Positions 36,577-50,505 of a stretch of 64,000 nt of DNA are shown here, one piece after another. Origin of the DNA: Psammoneis japonica (taxonomy: Eukaryota); assembly GCA_008632985.1 (NCBI GenBank), contig QPGO01000014.1, forward strand, positions 186,001 through 250,000. Direction: 5' to 3'. How positions within the stretch are numbered: the stretch's first letter is position 1; each line of letters begins with the position of its first letter. The position numbers were made by a program, and so were the translations under genes. The notes beneath the pieces are model-generated. The model made no database searches and had not been told where the DNA came from. It worked only from the letters and a program-made list of their open reading frames with translations.

Positions 36577-39500
36577 TTAGCGCCTATCCCGTGGACGATT
36601 CCGATCTGAATCACGACCATCTCTCCGGCGATCACGTTCACCACGATATCCAGGTGGCGGCGGTCCCCGGTCTTGGCGGGGAGGGCCTCGATCTGGCGGA
36701 CCACCACGATCCGGTGGACCTCCTCGGTCTGGCGGTGGTGGTCCTCGCCAGCCATCACCAGGCGGTGGACCCCAGTCTCCACGCCCACCACGGGGTGGTC
36801 CTGGACCTGGTCCTGGACCAGGACCGGGAAATCCACGTGGGGGAGGAGGACCACCCCAGTCATCTCCTCGAGGTGGATGAGGTCCATCTCGTCGAGGCCC
36901 GGGAGGTGGACCGCCCCTATTATCATCCCTCGGGAATCCGCCCCGATCGATATCTCGTGGTGGGCCTTGTCTGTCCATTTCTCTGCGGCGATCTCGATCA
37001 ATGTCCCGAAGCGGCCCGTGCCTGTCGACATCTCTGTGGTCTCGACGGCGGTCGCGATCTCTATCCCGATCCTTGTCCCGGTCTCGACGTCGATCACGAT
37101 CTCCTCCACTCCTCCGGTCATCACTTTTGCGGTCTCGCCTTGACGAAGATCGTTCTGAAGATCGATCACGATCACGCCTATCATCATCTCCATGGCGACT
37201 TCGCCTTCTCCTACTGCTTCCGTCATCCTTGTCTCGATGACGTCGTCGACTGGATCGATGACTGCCTTTACTTCGGTCATCGTCGTCGTCGTAGTGGCGG
37301 CGGTGACGGGAGGATCTTTCTTCGGATCGGCGACGCCTGCTGCGCTCGTCTCTATCCCTTCCTGATGGCGAGTCTACCCCCTTGCGTCCTCGATCCTTGT
37401 CCCTGTCACGAGCTCCATCTCGTTCCTTCTCGCGCGTCTCTTCTCGATCCTTGTCCCTGTCTCGAGTTCCATCTCGCTCCCTATCTCGCGTTTCTTCTCG
37501 ATCCTTGTCCCTGGCGCGAGTGTCATCGCGTTCCTTGTCGCTTCTTCCATCTCGATCCTTGTTCCTGTCTCGATCTCCCCGCTCGCGAGATGACGGGCGC
37601 TTGGCAACGGATTCTTCTTCCTTGCTGCTACGCTCTGTCTTGGGTTTCTCTTCCATTGCAGGTTCCTTATGGTCACCACTTTGCCTGCCCTCTGTCTTTT
37701 CCGGTGATCGTTCACGACGGCGCTTCTTACTGCGTTCCTCTTCCCTCTTGTCTCGATCATGGCGACTAGCACTGCGGTCATCACTTGTGTCCTTGCGTTC
37801 TTTCCTACGTTTCTCTCGATCGTCGTCTCTTGAGCGTTCATCTCTCGACCTCTCGTCTCTTGAACGATCTCGTGAACGCTTCCGGCCTTCTTTCTCCCGT
37901 CGACTCTCTTCTGGTCGTTCTGGCGGAGCTTTTGGGGCAGGTGGCTTTTTCATTAGAGGAGGGGCAATGGGTTCCTTGGCAAGCTTTTCCAAAGTTTCAT
38001 GGTAGACCTTGTCATACTCTATTTCGGCTTCTTTTCCACTCACACCTCGTTCCTTGGCACTGTTCATTGCTTTTAGTGCCTGGGCCTTGGCTTCTCGTCG
38101 TTTCTTTTTCGTTTGAAACTCGTGAAAGTGTCCTCCGCTCAGTTGGATTTGACCAAGTTCTTCGGGACGGCTCGGTGCACGGGGTTCCGCTAAAAAGTAC
38201 CGTGACTCGAGAGCTCGTTCTGCCGTGAGACGTTTGGAAGGGTCCAACTCGAGCAGCTTCTCCAATAAATTCACCGCCTGATTGCTCAGCTTGGATCCGT
38301 ACTTGTCTCGAAGTCTTGCCTTGCGCGGCTTGTCAATCTTGACGTCTCCGGATTTCATGAGCTTGAGGTCCGAAAAACCCTCCCAAGACTTGTCGTTGGG
38401 AGTTCCTAACAAGTCAAAGATGCGCTTGAGTTGATCCATTTCTCCATCTCCGGGAAAGAGCGGCTTGCCAATGAGTAGCTCTGCGAGAATGCATCCAGCC
38501 GACCAAACATCCACGGGTGGACCGTACTTTGTGGCTCCCAACAATACTTCCGGAGGACGATACCAAAGCGTAATCACCTTGTTGGTGAACTCCTGAGAAG
38601 AACCACGACTTTACAGAAAGAGGAACAAGGTTAGCACTCACACATACACAACAACAAACACACACAACAAAGCACATACAAAAATCAGTACGTACTCCTT
38701 AACATTCTCCAAAAGTGGAGGATCAATACACCGTGCCAGACCAAAGTCAGCAAGTTTGACACGAAAAAACGAATCAATTAGAATATTGGAACTTTTAATG
38801 TCACGGTGAACGTATTTATGCTGATGCATATAATTCAACGCCTCCAAAAGTTGCGAAAAGATGCATTTGACTTGCACTTCTGTGAATTTGTACGCCACAT
38901 CCATGAGTCCCGTCAAATCGTGAGACACGTATTCTAGAACCAAAAACAAATTACCCTTGTAGCCCTCACGAGCGTCTACGTCTTTTACTTTTCGTTTTTT
39001 TATATCATCATTTTTCTTTGGTTTCTTACGTTGTTCCCGTTCATCTTCCTCATCCAAGTGTTCTACACCCTTGGAGGAAACCACTTCAAACAATTGAACC
39101 AGATTTTTGTGTCTCAGTCGTTTCAATATTTTCACTTCACGAATCACCGTGGGAGGCATTCCCCAATAGCCTCCGTGGTGGACGCGAATCTTTTTCAAGG
39201 CAACGATCCGATTCGTGTCGAGACAGCGTGCGCGATATACTTGACCATACGTGCCTTCACCGATCTGTTCAATGCGCTCGTAATGAGCAATCGTTCGAGT
39301 CATATTGGACCAGCGGTGTACCGAATTATACTCGTCGTCAGACTCTGTCGGATCTTCATTATCAGCAGGTGGTATCATCATGGATGAACCGCCGTTGTTT
39401 CCTGGTACTACAGTCGGAGGTAGGATCGGTGGGCGTCCATAATATGCAGCATGCTGCTGTGGAGGAGGCATGGGTCCGCCACCACCATAGGGATTCATCA

Positions 39501-39582
39501 TTCCATGGCCTCTTGGTGGTTGGCCATACGGTCCGGGTGGAGGTGGACGGTGGTTTGCGGGTGGCGCCGGAGATCGCGACAT
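36577..39582 (-). CDS. Cyclin-dependent kinase, CDKC/CDK9/CDK12-like, with long RD/RS- and G/P-rich tail
   Basis: [33 protein letters not shown] and [13 protein letters not shown]; probable intron 38609-38695. Confidence 0.92.
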
Positions 39583-40166
39583 GGTGAACAACAATACACA
39601 CCACTGTTGAAAAAATGCCGTCAGCACCGTCGATCCTCATCCTTTTGTCACAATACTGCGTTTCTACACAAATGTACATACGTGCTTCTCAGTAGAGAAT
39701 TTACAGATCTTGAATAAAGCTCATGACCTCTTTGGAAATCAGTTTTTATTCATCTTGGGCGCATTTGCTTATTGTGGGTTCAAAAACAAACGAACCACAA
39801 AATCAAAACGAAACTACTTGATTCTTCTTCGCTCTAGCAAGACAATCTTTTGCTACTAAAGAATGAATGCAGCTTCTTTGGACGTGTTAGGGCTCTAGGC
39901 CCAAGACTTGATAGTCCGACGAGAAGCCGTTGGAGAAACAACATCGGGTTTAATTCCAAACTCTTCCGAACAATGCAAGAGCTATATATATTGTAAGAAT
40001 GCAACTTTTATTCAAATAATAACACTTACATTCTTCTTATAACTGAACTACGGTAAAGGCTCTCGCTTTTAAATTGCCGCACTGTAACCACTGCAACATT
40101 TTTAAAAAGAGCCACCTAACCAACCCAAACAAAACACACACCAAAACACTCTCTCCTCCAATTCTC

Positions 40167-41164
40167 TTACTGCAACACAAACCGAAGTACATCCGACACA
40201 CTGACAACTCCCACGGGACGATTATCCGCATCGGCCACAAAGACTCGATGATACCCCGTCTTGACGAGTGTCTGCACGACATGACTCACGGTGGAGGTTT
40301 CTCGCACTTGCGAGACGGGATAACGGCTCTTTCCGTCCTTGCTGATTTGCCTTTGCCTCACCACGGCAAGATAGGATAAAATATCCATTTCCATGGACGC
40401 ATTGCCCTCATCAAGTGCGGCAAGTTTGACATCACGGGCACTGACATTGCCCATGAGTGTCCCGTCTTCCTCACTCACCACGGCCAATCCCGACAATTGT
40501 TGGAATCCAAAAGCTGAAAGGCCTCAAAGGCCGGAGCGGAATCCACAACCGTAATGACATCTTTGCGGTACTCAAATCCCGCATCCTTCATGGATTCATT
40601 CATATCATCCGGTGACGCCAAATGTTCACACATGAATTTCACCAAGGACGATCGTGACACCATATTGACACAACGGTGTTCTTCGGACGTTTCACAAATC
40701 GGAACACGATGACACCGTGGTTTCGCCAAGAGTTCACACAACTCCACAAGTGGCGTCGTGGCCGTACAAGAATAAAACGGATTACGCCTCGCCAAATACG
40801 CCAACGTCACCTTTTGTTCGACTGCGGCTTTTTCGTCTGGTTCTAATTTCATGTGTTTTAACGAATCCGTCACGGCCGTCGTCCAGGCAATATCGACTCC
40901 GGCCTTTTTCTCATGGACCGACCGTGTTGCGGCAATGACGGCACTCAGTATATCACGCATGTCAAAAAAACCAATGTATTTTTTCGTGGAGGAATCCCAC
41001 ACGGGTGCACCCAATATCGAATTCTTCCACAATTCCAACGCCGCATCGACGGGTTTGGTGTCGGAATCCATTTCCACGACACCGGAAATCTTGTTGGGAA
41101 TGTCGTCCGCCTTGTAACCCTCGAGGGCTTTGAATAACGCACTGGCGCTTTTGCTTTTTGGCAT
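40167..41164 (-). CDS. CBS-domain protein (AMPK gamma/SDS23-like), apparent 1-nt frameshift near 40490
   Basis: ILGAPVWD, CHRVPI, SGLAVV...GNVSARDV and YHRVFVAD...VGVVSVSDVL. Confidence 0.85.
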
Positions 41165-41700
41165 GATGTTATTGTTGTTGTTGTATTGTGAAGTAATACT
41201 AATAGAAACAAACAGACAATACACACAAGCTTCTCTGGGTCTTGCTCGCTTTGTTGCTGATGCTTCTGGTTTGTCTCTTCGTGACGACCGACCGACGAGC
41301 TGACGGCGGACTTGGCACCGACCATAAAATAAAATTTACTCAAGTTTGAATAAAATTGAATGTCCAATTTTTCGATTTGGATTTTTCGGTTGTTATTGCC
41401 CCTTCCCTAGAATTTAGTCGTGCGAGTCACGAATCGAATCTTCGATCCAATCGTGAGCCGTGTAGTGGCAAGTGGCAAGCTCAACCATACTCTCTACTCT
41501 AGCTCTAGAGAGTAGAGAAGCTAGAGAGAGGGCCTCTCGAGAGAGTCCATCATTTGTGAATACTGTAGAAATAATGAGAGAGAAAGTAGCTACAACTGGT
41601 AATTTGCAATGAAAAAGACAAGGTTACTGCTATATCGTTTTTATTTTCTCAATTGCACTCTACTCTTTACCACACAATGCCATGCTATCCAATTACTTCA

Positions 41701-42762
41701 TTACGCATCCAAATCTTGAACCATCAATACCGCTTGTGGACAAAGTCCCGCCTCTTCCAGAGTCAATTCATTGTCTTGTTCGTCATTGTATGTTTTCTTT
41801 GGATAATTCGTCGACAATCCAATGTTTTCAATTTTCGTTTGCAAGGGATGGTCATGAAAATAAACCGTCAAGTACGCACGGAGTGCCTTGATTTGTTGAT
41901 TGGAACAAAAGGTTCGATTCATTTTGGTTCCCGTGGGCAAAACAAAACGTACGCGCGTGACATTGCCACTCGTGGGTTCGTCCTCCACCAAAGCACGGGC
42001 TTGATTAATCTTGTCCGCAAGTGCTTGTTGTTCTTGTTCTTGTTGCAATGCGGCTAAACGTTGCAATTCTGCTTGTCGTTCTTGTTCTTCCATCAATAGA
42101 CGTTGTCGTTCTTGATCTTGACGAAGTGTTTCTTGATATTCGGCATCTTGTTCTCGTCGTAATTGTGCTTCCGCTTCACGTTGCAAACGACGTGCTTCGG
42201 CTTCTTGCAAAACCAATTGTTGGCGTTGTACGGCCGTATGGAGTTGTGCTTGGAGTTGAGTTGTAGACATGTTTTGCAAGACGGGTCCCTGTGCACAATA
42301 GACCAATTGCAAGGCATTATTGGTAGAGGGTTGCAAGAGTGCCACGAGTGGAAAGGATGCGGCATGGAGGGATTGCGCCAAGTGTGCGCCTTGAGCGGTA
42401 TGAATGCTGCATCCAAACACCTTGAGACATGCGGCATTGTCACCAAAGTATTGAATCATACTGTCCGATAACAGTAAACGCTTCAAATCATCCTTGCCTT
42501 GAAAGGGTGAATGCAAATAGACCAAAATCAATTCATTTTGTGCTTCCGATCGAACCGCCGCAAAGCCCGATTGACAAAACAAATCCGAAATAATCGAGTT
42601 GGAAGACAGAACTCGTAATTCCTTGACAAAGGCTTGAACGGCTTTTGCGGTGACGGCGGGAGACAAACCATCCATTTCATCCGCGGGAAATAGCAAAAGG
42701 ACAAACGACGCAACGGCCAAAGCAAAATACGCAACACCAACGTGACGACACCCAACAACCAT
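41701..42762 (-). CDS. UAS plus UBX domain protein (FAF2/UBXD8-like); 5' end uncertain
   Basis: LILVYLHSP, LRREQDAEYQETL, VRFVLPTG...R.F, TNYPKK and LEEAGLCPQAVLMV. Confidence 0.85.
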   Translation of the reverse strand: MVVGCRHVGVAYFALAVASFVLLLFPADEMDGLSPAVTAKAVQAFVKELRVLSSNSIISDLFCQSGFAAVRSEAQNELILVYLHSPFQGKDDLKRLLLSDSMIQYFGDNAACLKVFGCSIHTAQGAHLAQSLHAASFPLVALLQPSTNNALQLVYCAQGPVLQNMSTTQLQAQLHTAVQRQQLVLQEAEARRLQREAEAQLRREQDAEYQETLRQDQERQRLLMEEQERQAELQRLAALQQEQEQQALADKINQARALVEDEPTSGNVTRVRFVLPTGTKMNRTFCSNQQIKALRAYLTVYFHDHPLQTKIENIGLSTNYPKKTYNDEQDNELTLEEAGLCPQAVLMVQDLDA

Positions 42763-43142
42763 GTTGCAAAGCTTTCATGATTTTTTGTTGTGGCATGATT
42801 TTTGTAGAGATGTTTTCTTTATGTTGTTGTACTGTAATGTGTAGTTGAAAGAGAGTACGCAAGAGCTTAATCAAACAAGCAAAGCAAATAGCCAACGACG
42901 ATACCCGAGAGCGCTCCGTTTTTGTGTCGTCATCGCGTCCATCGCCCCGCAAAAAAGTTGCTTCCGACGCAGACAGATTGGATCGGGAACCAATCTGAAA
43001 CGTTCATGCAGACAAACGAGTCTTTCACTCCACGTAAACTCCCACGTACAACCATGCTAGCCATGTACAATCTGTACCAGGTGCTACGCGACTCCCTCCA
43101 AGACGACGGCACAAAAAAGACCGCAACACAACGCCCGCCACC

Positions 43143-44227
43143 ATGATGTCCTCTACCGCGGACAATGGCGAGTTTCCGCCCAATCCCTTTCAATCCGGAG
43201 GTACTACTGCTCCTCCTCCACAACAACAGCAGCAGCAACAACAGCAACAACAATTGAATCAGTTTTATGGAGAACCACCTCAACCGCCTCCTCCTCCTGC
43301 TTCAACGACAAATGGCGGTCCCTGGATGCAACCACAGCCCGATAATTTCACCATTGACGATACTACTCCAGTTGCTGTTGCTCCTGGTCCCATGGATACC
43401 AAAATGTCATCTACTCAGCAGCCAGTACAACAACACAACCTCCTTTGTCTTGGTGGCAACGTGTGGCACGTTGTTGTTCACTCGATACGTACAAGGTTTA
43501 CTTTGATATCGATACTCTCGATGTCGTGACACGCATCAAGAGTTCCATTCAAACATGTCATGTTCCCGATAAGTTTCGAACGGAAATTGTTGGCGTGGAA
43601 CGCAATGACCATGTCAAGGGTCCCGACTTGTATGGACCCTTTTGGATCATTTTGACCCTCGTATTCTTGTTGGCTGTGAGTAAATAGTGACGGATCTGGC
43701 TGTACCAGAATCTTGTGTTTGAAATACGACTCTATACAATCTCACACAAATCATCTCATTCTTTTCTTTTTTAAAAGGTCACTTCCAATTTACACGCTTA
43801 CCTTCACAGCACGACGGAAGAAAATTTCGAATACGACATTTCGCACTTGGTTCGTGCCATGACGGTCTTGTTTACCTTTGGCTTTGGTTTACCCAGTGTC
43901 TTGTGGCTCTTGACACAATGCATGGGTATGCATACAACGTTATTGGGATTGATGGATTGGATTTGTCTTTATGGATACAGCATGGTGGTGTATTTGCCCA
44001 CGACGTTGCTATGTTTGATTCCCTACGATCCAATCGAGTGGTTGGTGTTGGCCATGGCCACGGCTGTATCGTGTTTGTTGATTTTGAGAAACGTTGCTGC
44101 ACCCCTTTTATCGGCCGATGGTGTAGCACAAACCAAAGCGGCACCCATTATGCTTTTTGTGCTTGGCAGTCATGTCATTTTTTTACTCGTGTTGAAATTT
44201 GTGTTTTATCATCATCATAAAAAATAA
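43143..44227 (+). CDS. Yip1-domain protein (YIPF1/2-like)
   Basis: YFDIDT.DV..RI, PDLYGPFWI and CLYGYS; intron 43676-43777; apparent frameshift near 43435. Confidence 0.88.
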
Positions 44228-44409
44228 AGAGGTGAGAAAGAGAAAAGTGATGAGATGAAGAAGTGTGGGCGGTACGGTAGTGAAATGAGTAAGATTGAGC
44301 ATAAGACGTAGTACAATAAAAAGATAACCAATGCACTTGTAGCGAAAAAGACAGCAAAACGCACTTCATGACAAAAATCTCCGGTACTGTAGTGGCGATC
44401 GAAAGGAGT

Positions 44410-45140
44410 TGACTAATCCTTAGCTTTGCTGGATACCGTCAAGTCATGGCCATTTAGGTGCCAAGAAAAACAAACAAGCTAATGTCTGCGTCACATATAT
44501 CGTTTCAGCTGTACTGCACATGCTGTCCTCCACAACGCTGGTTCGTTCCCACCAACTAGCTAGAGCTAGCTCCTCAACAAGAATTGAATGAATTTGCAAA
44601 ACGATACTCTAGAGAGTACCGGTATCTCATTGTATATTCAATATAGATCAATGCTGGTGCCGACGTCAAGTACTGTGGATCGAACAAATTAATATACCTA
44701 AATAAATCGAAATGAGTAGACTGATCCCTCTAGTTTTTGCTGGATACCGTCAAGTCATGGCCATTTAAGGTGCCAAAAAAAAAAAAAAAAAAAACAAGCC
44801 ATTATCTGTCATCTATACATCGTTTCCGTTGTAATGCACCTCTTCTCCTCCGCAACGCTGGTGCCCACCAACTAGCTAGTAGCTAGCTCCTCATGGAGTA
44901 CGCGATCACACAAGAAAACAAGAGTTGAATGAATTTGCAAAACGGCACTCTAGAGAGAATCGCATTGTATATTGATCAATGCTGGTACCGACGTCAAGTA
45001 CTGTGGATCGAACAAAAAAATTATACCTAAATAAATCGAATGAGTAGACTGATCCCTCTAGCTTTGCTGGATGCCGTCAAGCCATGGCCATTTGGGTGCC
45101 AAGAAAAACAAACATGCTAATGTCTGTCACCTATACGGTA
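44410..45140. repeat. Intergenic tandem repeat, about 310-330-bp unit x2.3
   Basis: tttgctggataccgtcaagtcatggccattt recurs at ~44425, ~44735 and ~45063. Confidence 0.9.
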
Positions 45141-45250
45141 GGGCTAATGTCTGTGCTTTCCGCTGCTAGTTACTAATCCCTCTAGCTAGACAGCTCTATC
45201 AATCGATACAGGTACTACAGCATACAAATCTAAACAGAGTACAAATTAAT

Positions 45251-47594
45251 TTACATCATCAACAACAATGACGTCCACAAAACAACACTCGACACTGACA
45301 TGGCAACTGTCATTGGCCCGCTAGCCCCCGAGGTGGGCGACGCCGTTGCCAATTCCGCCATTAGATCGGAAAGATAATCCTTGGTGGGTGCCGGAGATGA
45401 CGTTGGCACACGGGTCGGATTCATAGTGAGGCGTCCCGAGGGTGCCACAGACGCTTGGATGGACGGTTTGGGCGATGTCGTGGGTGATAACGTGGGAGGG
45501 TTTGTGGGCTGCGGTACTCGTGCTGCCGTGGGATGGTCCGTGGGGTAATTGGTAGGAGCAATGGTTGGAGTGAGGCTTGTTCCAATCTCAATCGATTCAA
45601 TGTAACCATTCATGTTTCCATAGTAGAGCACAAGGCCATTGGAAGAGAGGCTAAACTCGGAAATGACACCACGGCGGGGACAAGACGAATCAAAAGCGAT
45701 GCAATCGACAGCCCAGTATTGTTTTCCTGTAAGCTGATCAAATGAGACAATCTGGCCAGTTGTGCTCTAACAGCGAAAAGACAATGTAAGAGACTGAAAA
45801 GGGCTCAATCATTTCAAAAGCACAACCTCTCATGCACGTACCAATATAGCATAGACACGCCGGTTGTCCGGGGAGACGCGAGCTTCTGTTCGGACGGGGT
45901 ATGCAACTGGCTTTTCCCACATAATGTCTCCATCAAGAGCATCGATTCCTGCAAACGTTGACGCCGCCGAGCCCAAGAACAAGCGTCGCTCGTTAGAAGC
46001 AAGGACGGGTGAGTTTGGGATGGCTGTAGAACAAAAAAAACGAGCAACAGATTAGTGTCAGGAGAGACCATTCAACAAATACAACAAACATTACTGCGAA
46101 AGAGAAAAGGAACAAAAGGACTCACGAGATCTCCTGGCCGTTATCGCCTTTGACAATTGCTGTGACCAGCTGGCACCGCGATCCAACCGTTTCTCTCTCC
46201 AACCTCGCAACTGGCCTTGAAAAACACTAAAATAGACACCTTGGCCATCTTGAGACACGGCGGGTGCGGTAATTGTGGTCCAACTTCCAAAATTCAATCG
46301 GAACGTACGAAAATTTTCCGTGCCGTCGGTTGGCAACCAAAAGAGGGGAAGTTGAAACGCCCCTATGTATCCCGACGAACCAAACCCATCGTCTGAGCTT
46401 GTCGCCCACACAACCAAATCGTTATTGTTGCTAAATCCTCCCTCAAAGTTTCCTTTATGGGGATCATGCGCTATTCCCGGAGGACCGAACGGTGCCCGGT
46501 GACTCACTCCAGTACCCTGCCAATAAATACGTTGGCCCTGCTGTTCCACGTCCAAGACAGAAAAGGTCCCGGTCGGCAAATCCGTGAGAGTGTACCGATT
46601 GTGAATAACAAACATGTACATTCCTGGCAAATGCTGCTTAGTAATTACAACATTGCCAGCGATTTTTCCTGGAAGAGGAGCAGAAGTCCAAAGGTGCCTG
46701 GGACTTCCTCCGTGCGAAATAGCAATCACGAGACTGCCAAGATAGAAAAAGAGATTCTGTTAGACAAAATAAAGAAGCATAGATTACATCATCAATATCT
46801 TTGCTTCTTTTCGCACCTTTGGAAATCATGGCTAGTACCTGGTGGTGCCTGGTAAACAATTGAATATGCTGCATACTTTCCAAGGTTCCTGCTTTCCCCA
46901 AAGGTCACACCGCTCTCACACAAAATCTTCCAGTTTCCCTTGGGTGGGGGAGTGAATGAAAAATGAGAGGTACCATCTTGGCGGATAAAATTTCGAGGCG
47001 GCCATCATCCAACGTCACGTAGACAAGACCACCGTCTGGATGGACCGTGACAGAATTCCCTGGACCGAGTTTCGATTGAAAGACGGTTCCCGTATCATTC
47101 AGCTGAACGGACCATCTCTTTCTGGGGTTCTGATAGTAAATAATGTTGGAACTTATGGTCGGAAAAGGTGTCGTTGGCTGGGGAGTAGGATCCTTGGTCG
47201 GACGCATAGTTGGAATAGGCGTTGTTGGCCTAGGGGTCACTACGGCAGCCACGGCTGGAGTGGTCCCTGGAGTAATTGCTGGCGGTTGGTTTATGTCCGC
47301 TGTAGCATCGTTTCCTTTAGGCTTTGGGGTCGCTGTCGCGAGGTTATCTGCCTGAGGCGTGTTTATGTCCCTTTGGGCATCAGGTGTGGTCGGGATTGGT
47401 GGGGTAGCGGCTGGAACTGGCGGGGGCACGAGATTATCTGCTTGAGGCGGGATTACGTCCTCTTGTGCATCTTGTGTGGCCGGGATTTGGGGAACAGCCG
47501 GAGATGCTGTGGCAGGCGTTGCATCTTGACCAAAAACGGTGCTCGAGAGAAAACTCAGAAGAAAAACAAGTCTAAGGGCCTTTTTCTTGGACAT
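45251..47594 (-). CDS. Secreted/GPI-type PQQ-like beta-propeller protein, paralog 1 (multi-exon, one apparent frameshift)
   Basis: Signal peptide, P/T repeats, VIAISHG, GAFQLP, GQLRGW, LYYGNMNG and a hydrophobic C-terminus. Confidence 0.75.
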
Positions 47595-48211
47595 GCCTGT
47601 GCCAAACGCATGCTTTGCCGAGACATTCATTCTACCTCCGTTCGATTCTAGCGATTACTTGTTTTCGTCCTATTCCAACCGAGAAAGCAAAGGTCTTTAG
47701 TTCTCCAAAAGACAATCTGGTAAAAGTAAAGCAGCGTGCGTCGGTGGAATTGCAATAGCGACAGGGATGATGCTCTCAAGGCGCACTGGAAACTGGAAAT
47801 TGCTGAAACGCCTGACTGTGAGTGCGGAGGAGAAATTTGAAATGAGTCCCGCGCGAACGGGCCGTTGAGAGCATTTCTATATATTTATACTTAATATATA
47901 AAATCACCATTTTTGATTACCACAGGCACGACTGCCGAACCGTTGAGTCTTTAGTCCTCCACCGAAGGACATTGCCTCACATTTTCAATTTTTCCGTCTT
48001 TTTTGGACAAGAGAGTTAGTCGCCTACATACATTGGCTACAGAAAACTGTGTCCATGCCTCAACTGATTCGTCGTGTAAAGAAACGGCATTGTTTTTCGT
48101 TTAAAAGAGATTTTTTATAGCAGTTAATAGAACGCAATTTCGATGTGACTAACTGTTCGAGATAGTGGGCTTGATAAGTCACGTGTCATGGATTTCGGCT
48201 CCTCACCCAAT

Positions 48212-49884
48212 CTAGAATAGGGCAACGGCAAAAACCAACCAGGCGCAAGTTGAAGAGAGGCCCAACAGCATCATTGAGGCACTGGATGACTGAGCCACGC
48301 GAACGTTGGGGTTGGAAGCAGGAGAAGTTGGCTTCTCCGTAACAGGCTTCTGAGACGGGGCCGGTGATGGTGCTGCAGACGGAAGAGATGTTGGAAGGGG
48401 AACGTTGGACTTGCAGTAATCGTTGGGCTTCCCGTAGGAGTTTGAGAGGGGGTCATCGAAGGAACTTCGCTGGGAACGTCTGAGGGAGCAGGTGTAGGTG
48501 GGTCAGCAACAGTCCACGCCACCACTCGACCCCCCTTGTCGCCGAGGTAGAGGGTGGTCCCGTCGCTCGATATCGAGAATTCAGAATTCATGTCCGCCGT
48601 AAGCTGCACTCGCCACATTTCGGCACCGGATGTTGCATACGCATTGATGAAACCAGCAGACTCCGACCAAAAGACAACCTTGTCGTCCACCGAAACAACA
48701 GCTTCACTTTCGACTGCGGTATTCGACCATGTATTGGCTACCCAAAGAAGGTCAAGTTCATTGCTCAATGCCGCCATCGAGTTATTGGCAAGTCCACAGA
48801 ATATGATAGAGTCATCGCTATTGGCAACTGGACTGCTGAAAGGAGCAAGATAGGTTGGATTTCCCCGGGGCAAGTTAAGCGAGTGGGATGCACCCTTGTC
48901 GAACTTTGCTGCACCAAGACCTTCCTCACCGACCCAGGCGCGAAGCTGGTTCCGAGACACCGCATAGTAGATGCTCCTTCCAGAATTGGTGATGAGTGGA
49001 GCTGCAAAGGATTGCCAACCAACTTGACGCAAGTACTGCACAGCGACCGGGTCTCCCTTGATGTAGAACCGCGGGAGCTGAAAGGCAAAAGTACCACCTT
49101 CGCCGACGCCAAGATCCGCTGGGTCACGTGCAAAGGACCAGGCAACAATATCTCTCTCGTTGTATTCGCCGCCTTTGTAGTATCCTTCCGCAGGGGAGTG
49201 GAAAATCGCAGGTGGAGAGAATGGATTGGTTTCATTAAACTCGGTGTGTAGAATGGTTCCATTGAAGGCTGTTTCTAGCACCGTAAAGTGACCGACACTT
49301 CCACTGTTTGAATTGGAAACGACGAATACATGTCGACCATCCGATGAGACAAGGGGTGTTCCAGTAGCTTCACCATCAATGGCACTTGAAACCCATAGGC
49401 TTTCGCCAGATGGGTGGGATAAGGCGACCACACGACTGTTGGTAAATGGGGGTGGAGCGAAAAAACTTAGCGCTTAGTAAAGAAAACAGCATGGATTTTG
49501 TCAGGTACAAATCAAAGCTTACCTCATTGGAGTAGTGCTCGCATCATTTGCACCACCCCTGACAGCGTAGTAAACAACAGAGGCATTCGCTCCTTCGTAA
49601 AACGACACGCCACTTGTAGATGTAATGGCGGCGCCTTGCCCAGGAGGCTTGTAAGAGAACAGAGACGTTCCGCTCTCAGGATCAATGCCGGTGATTGCTC
49701 CATCGCTGCTTGTAACATAGAGAACCTGTCCATCTGGAGATATCTTGACAGCATTTCCTTCATCAAGGGGGTTGACAATGGCAGACCACTCTTCCGTTGG
49801 ACCATCCAAGTACGTGAGATCAGCATTGGCCATGCCGGCGAGGACAGTCAAAGCTGTTAGAGCTGCTTTCTGGAACTTGAACAT
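48212..49884 (-). CDS. Secreted/GPI-type PQQ-like beta-propeller protein, paralog 2
   Basis: MFKFQKAALTALTVLAG signal, ISPDGQVLYV, VVALSHP, FAFQLP and LYLGDKGG; intron ~49438-49522; frameshift near 48395. Confidence 0.8.
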
Positions 49885-50505
49885 TGTTACACTTTCTAGT
49901 AGATACACTGAGAGTAATGTGGGTTGATAAAGTGAGTGAACTGGTCAAGAGTTGAAATTGTGACCTGATTCTCTCGGCGACTCGATTTTGTGAGCGGCAT
50001 CATCGGCTCCTTTCGGCAGCCGTACAATTTGTAGCGAAGCCTACGTATTGCGTGGGGTTTGGCGCACCGGTTCAACACGGCGAAAATCAAAATGGCGGGA
50101 GTCCCGCGTGTGGCATGTCACGATTTCTTATTACGCATGACAATATTGGATAGATTCACGGTGTCATACTCACAGTCAGAATCTTTCACCTTCGATGAGT
50201 TTCACGCTCCGTATGTGATCATGACGTTTCTTTCTATCCATGATTATCTTCACGGGCCAAGGTATTCAACCACGCCGCCGGTCGTTTCAGGAATGATCCA
50301 AACTGACGAACTCTCGAGAGTATCCATCTACTGCCAACTACAGCAACTAAAACCACAATCATTGAAGAATAACAACAATAATAATAACATCTACTTCCTA
50401 GTCTTTAACTACAAGGAGTTATCTCCCATGTCATCCCATTGCCGATAACTCGAGGTTTCTCATAATTACAATCAACAATTTCACAAACTACAAAACCGTC
50501 TCTCC

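Noticed and set aside
36093..38228. Long plus-strand ORFs (e.g. 558 aa at 36093-37769)
   Set aside because: Antisense shadows of the low-complexity RD/RS tail of the CDK gene.
40475..40500. Programmed ribosomal frameshift in the CBS gene
   Set aside because: No slippery heptamer; similar indels in many neighbouring genes point to assembly error.
44410..45140. tRNA/snRNA/5S gene array
   Set aside because: No recognisable cloverleaf, A/B boxes or known RNA motif by eye.
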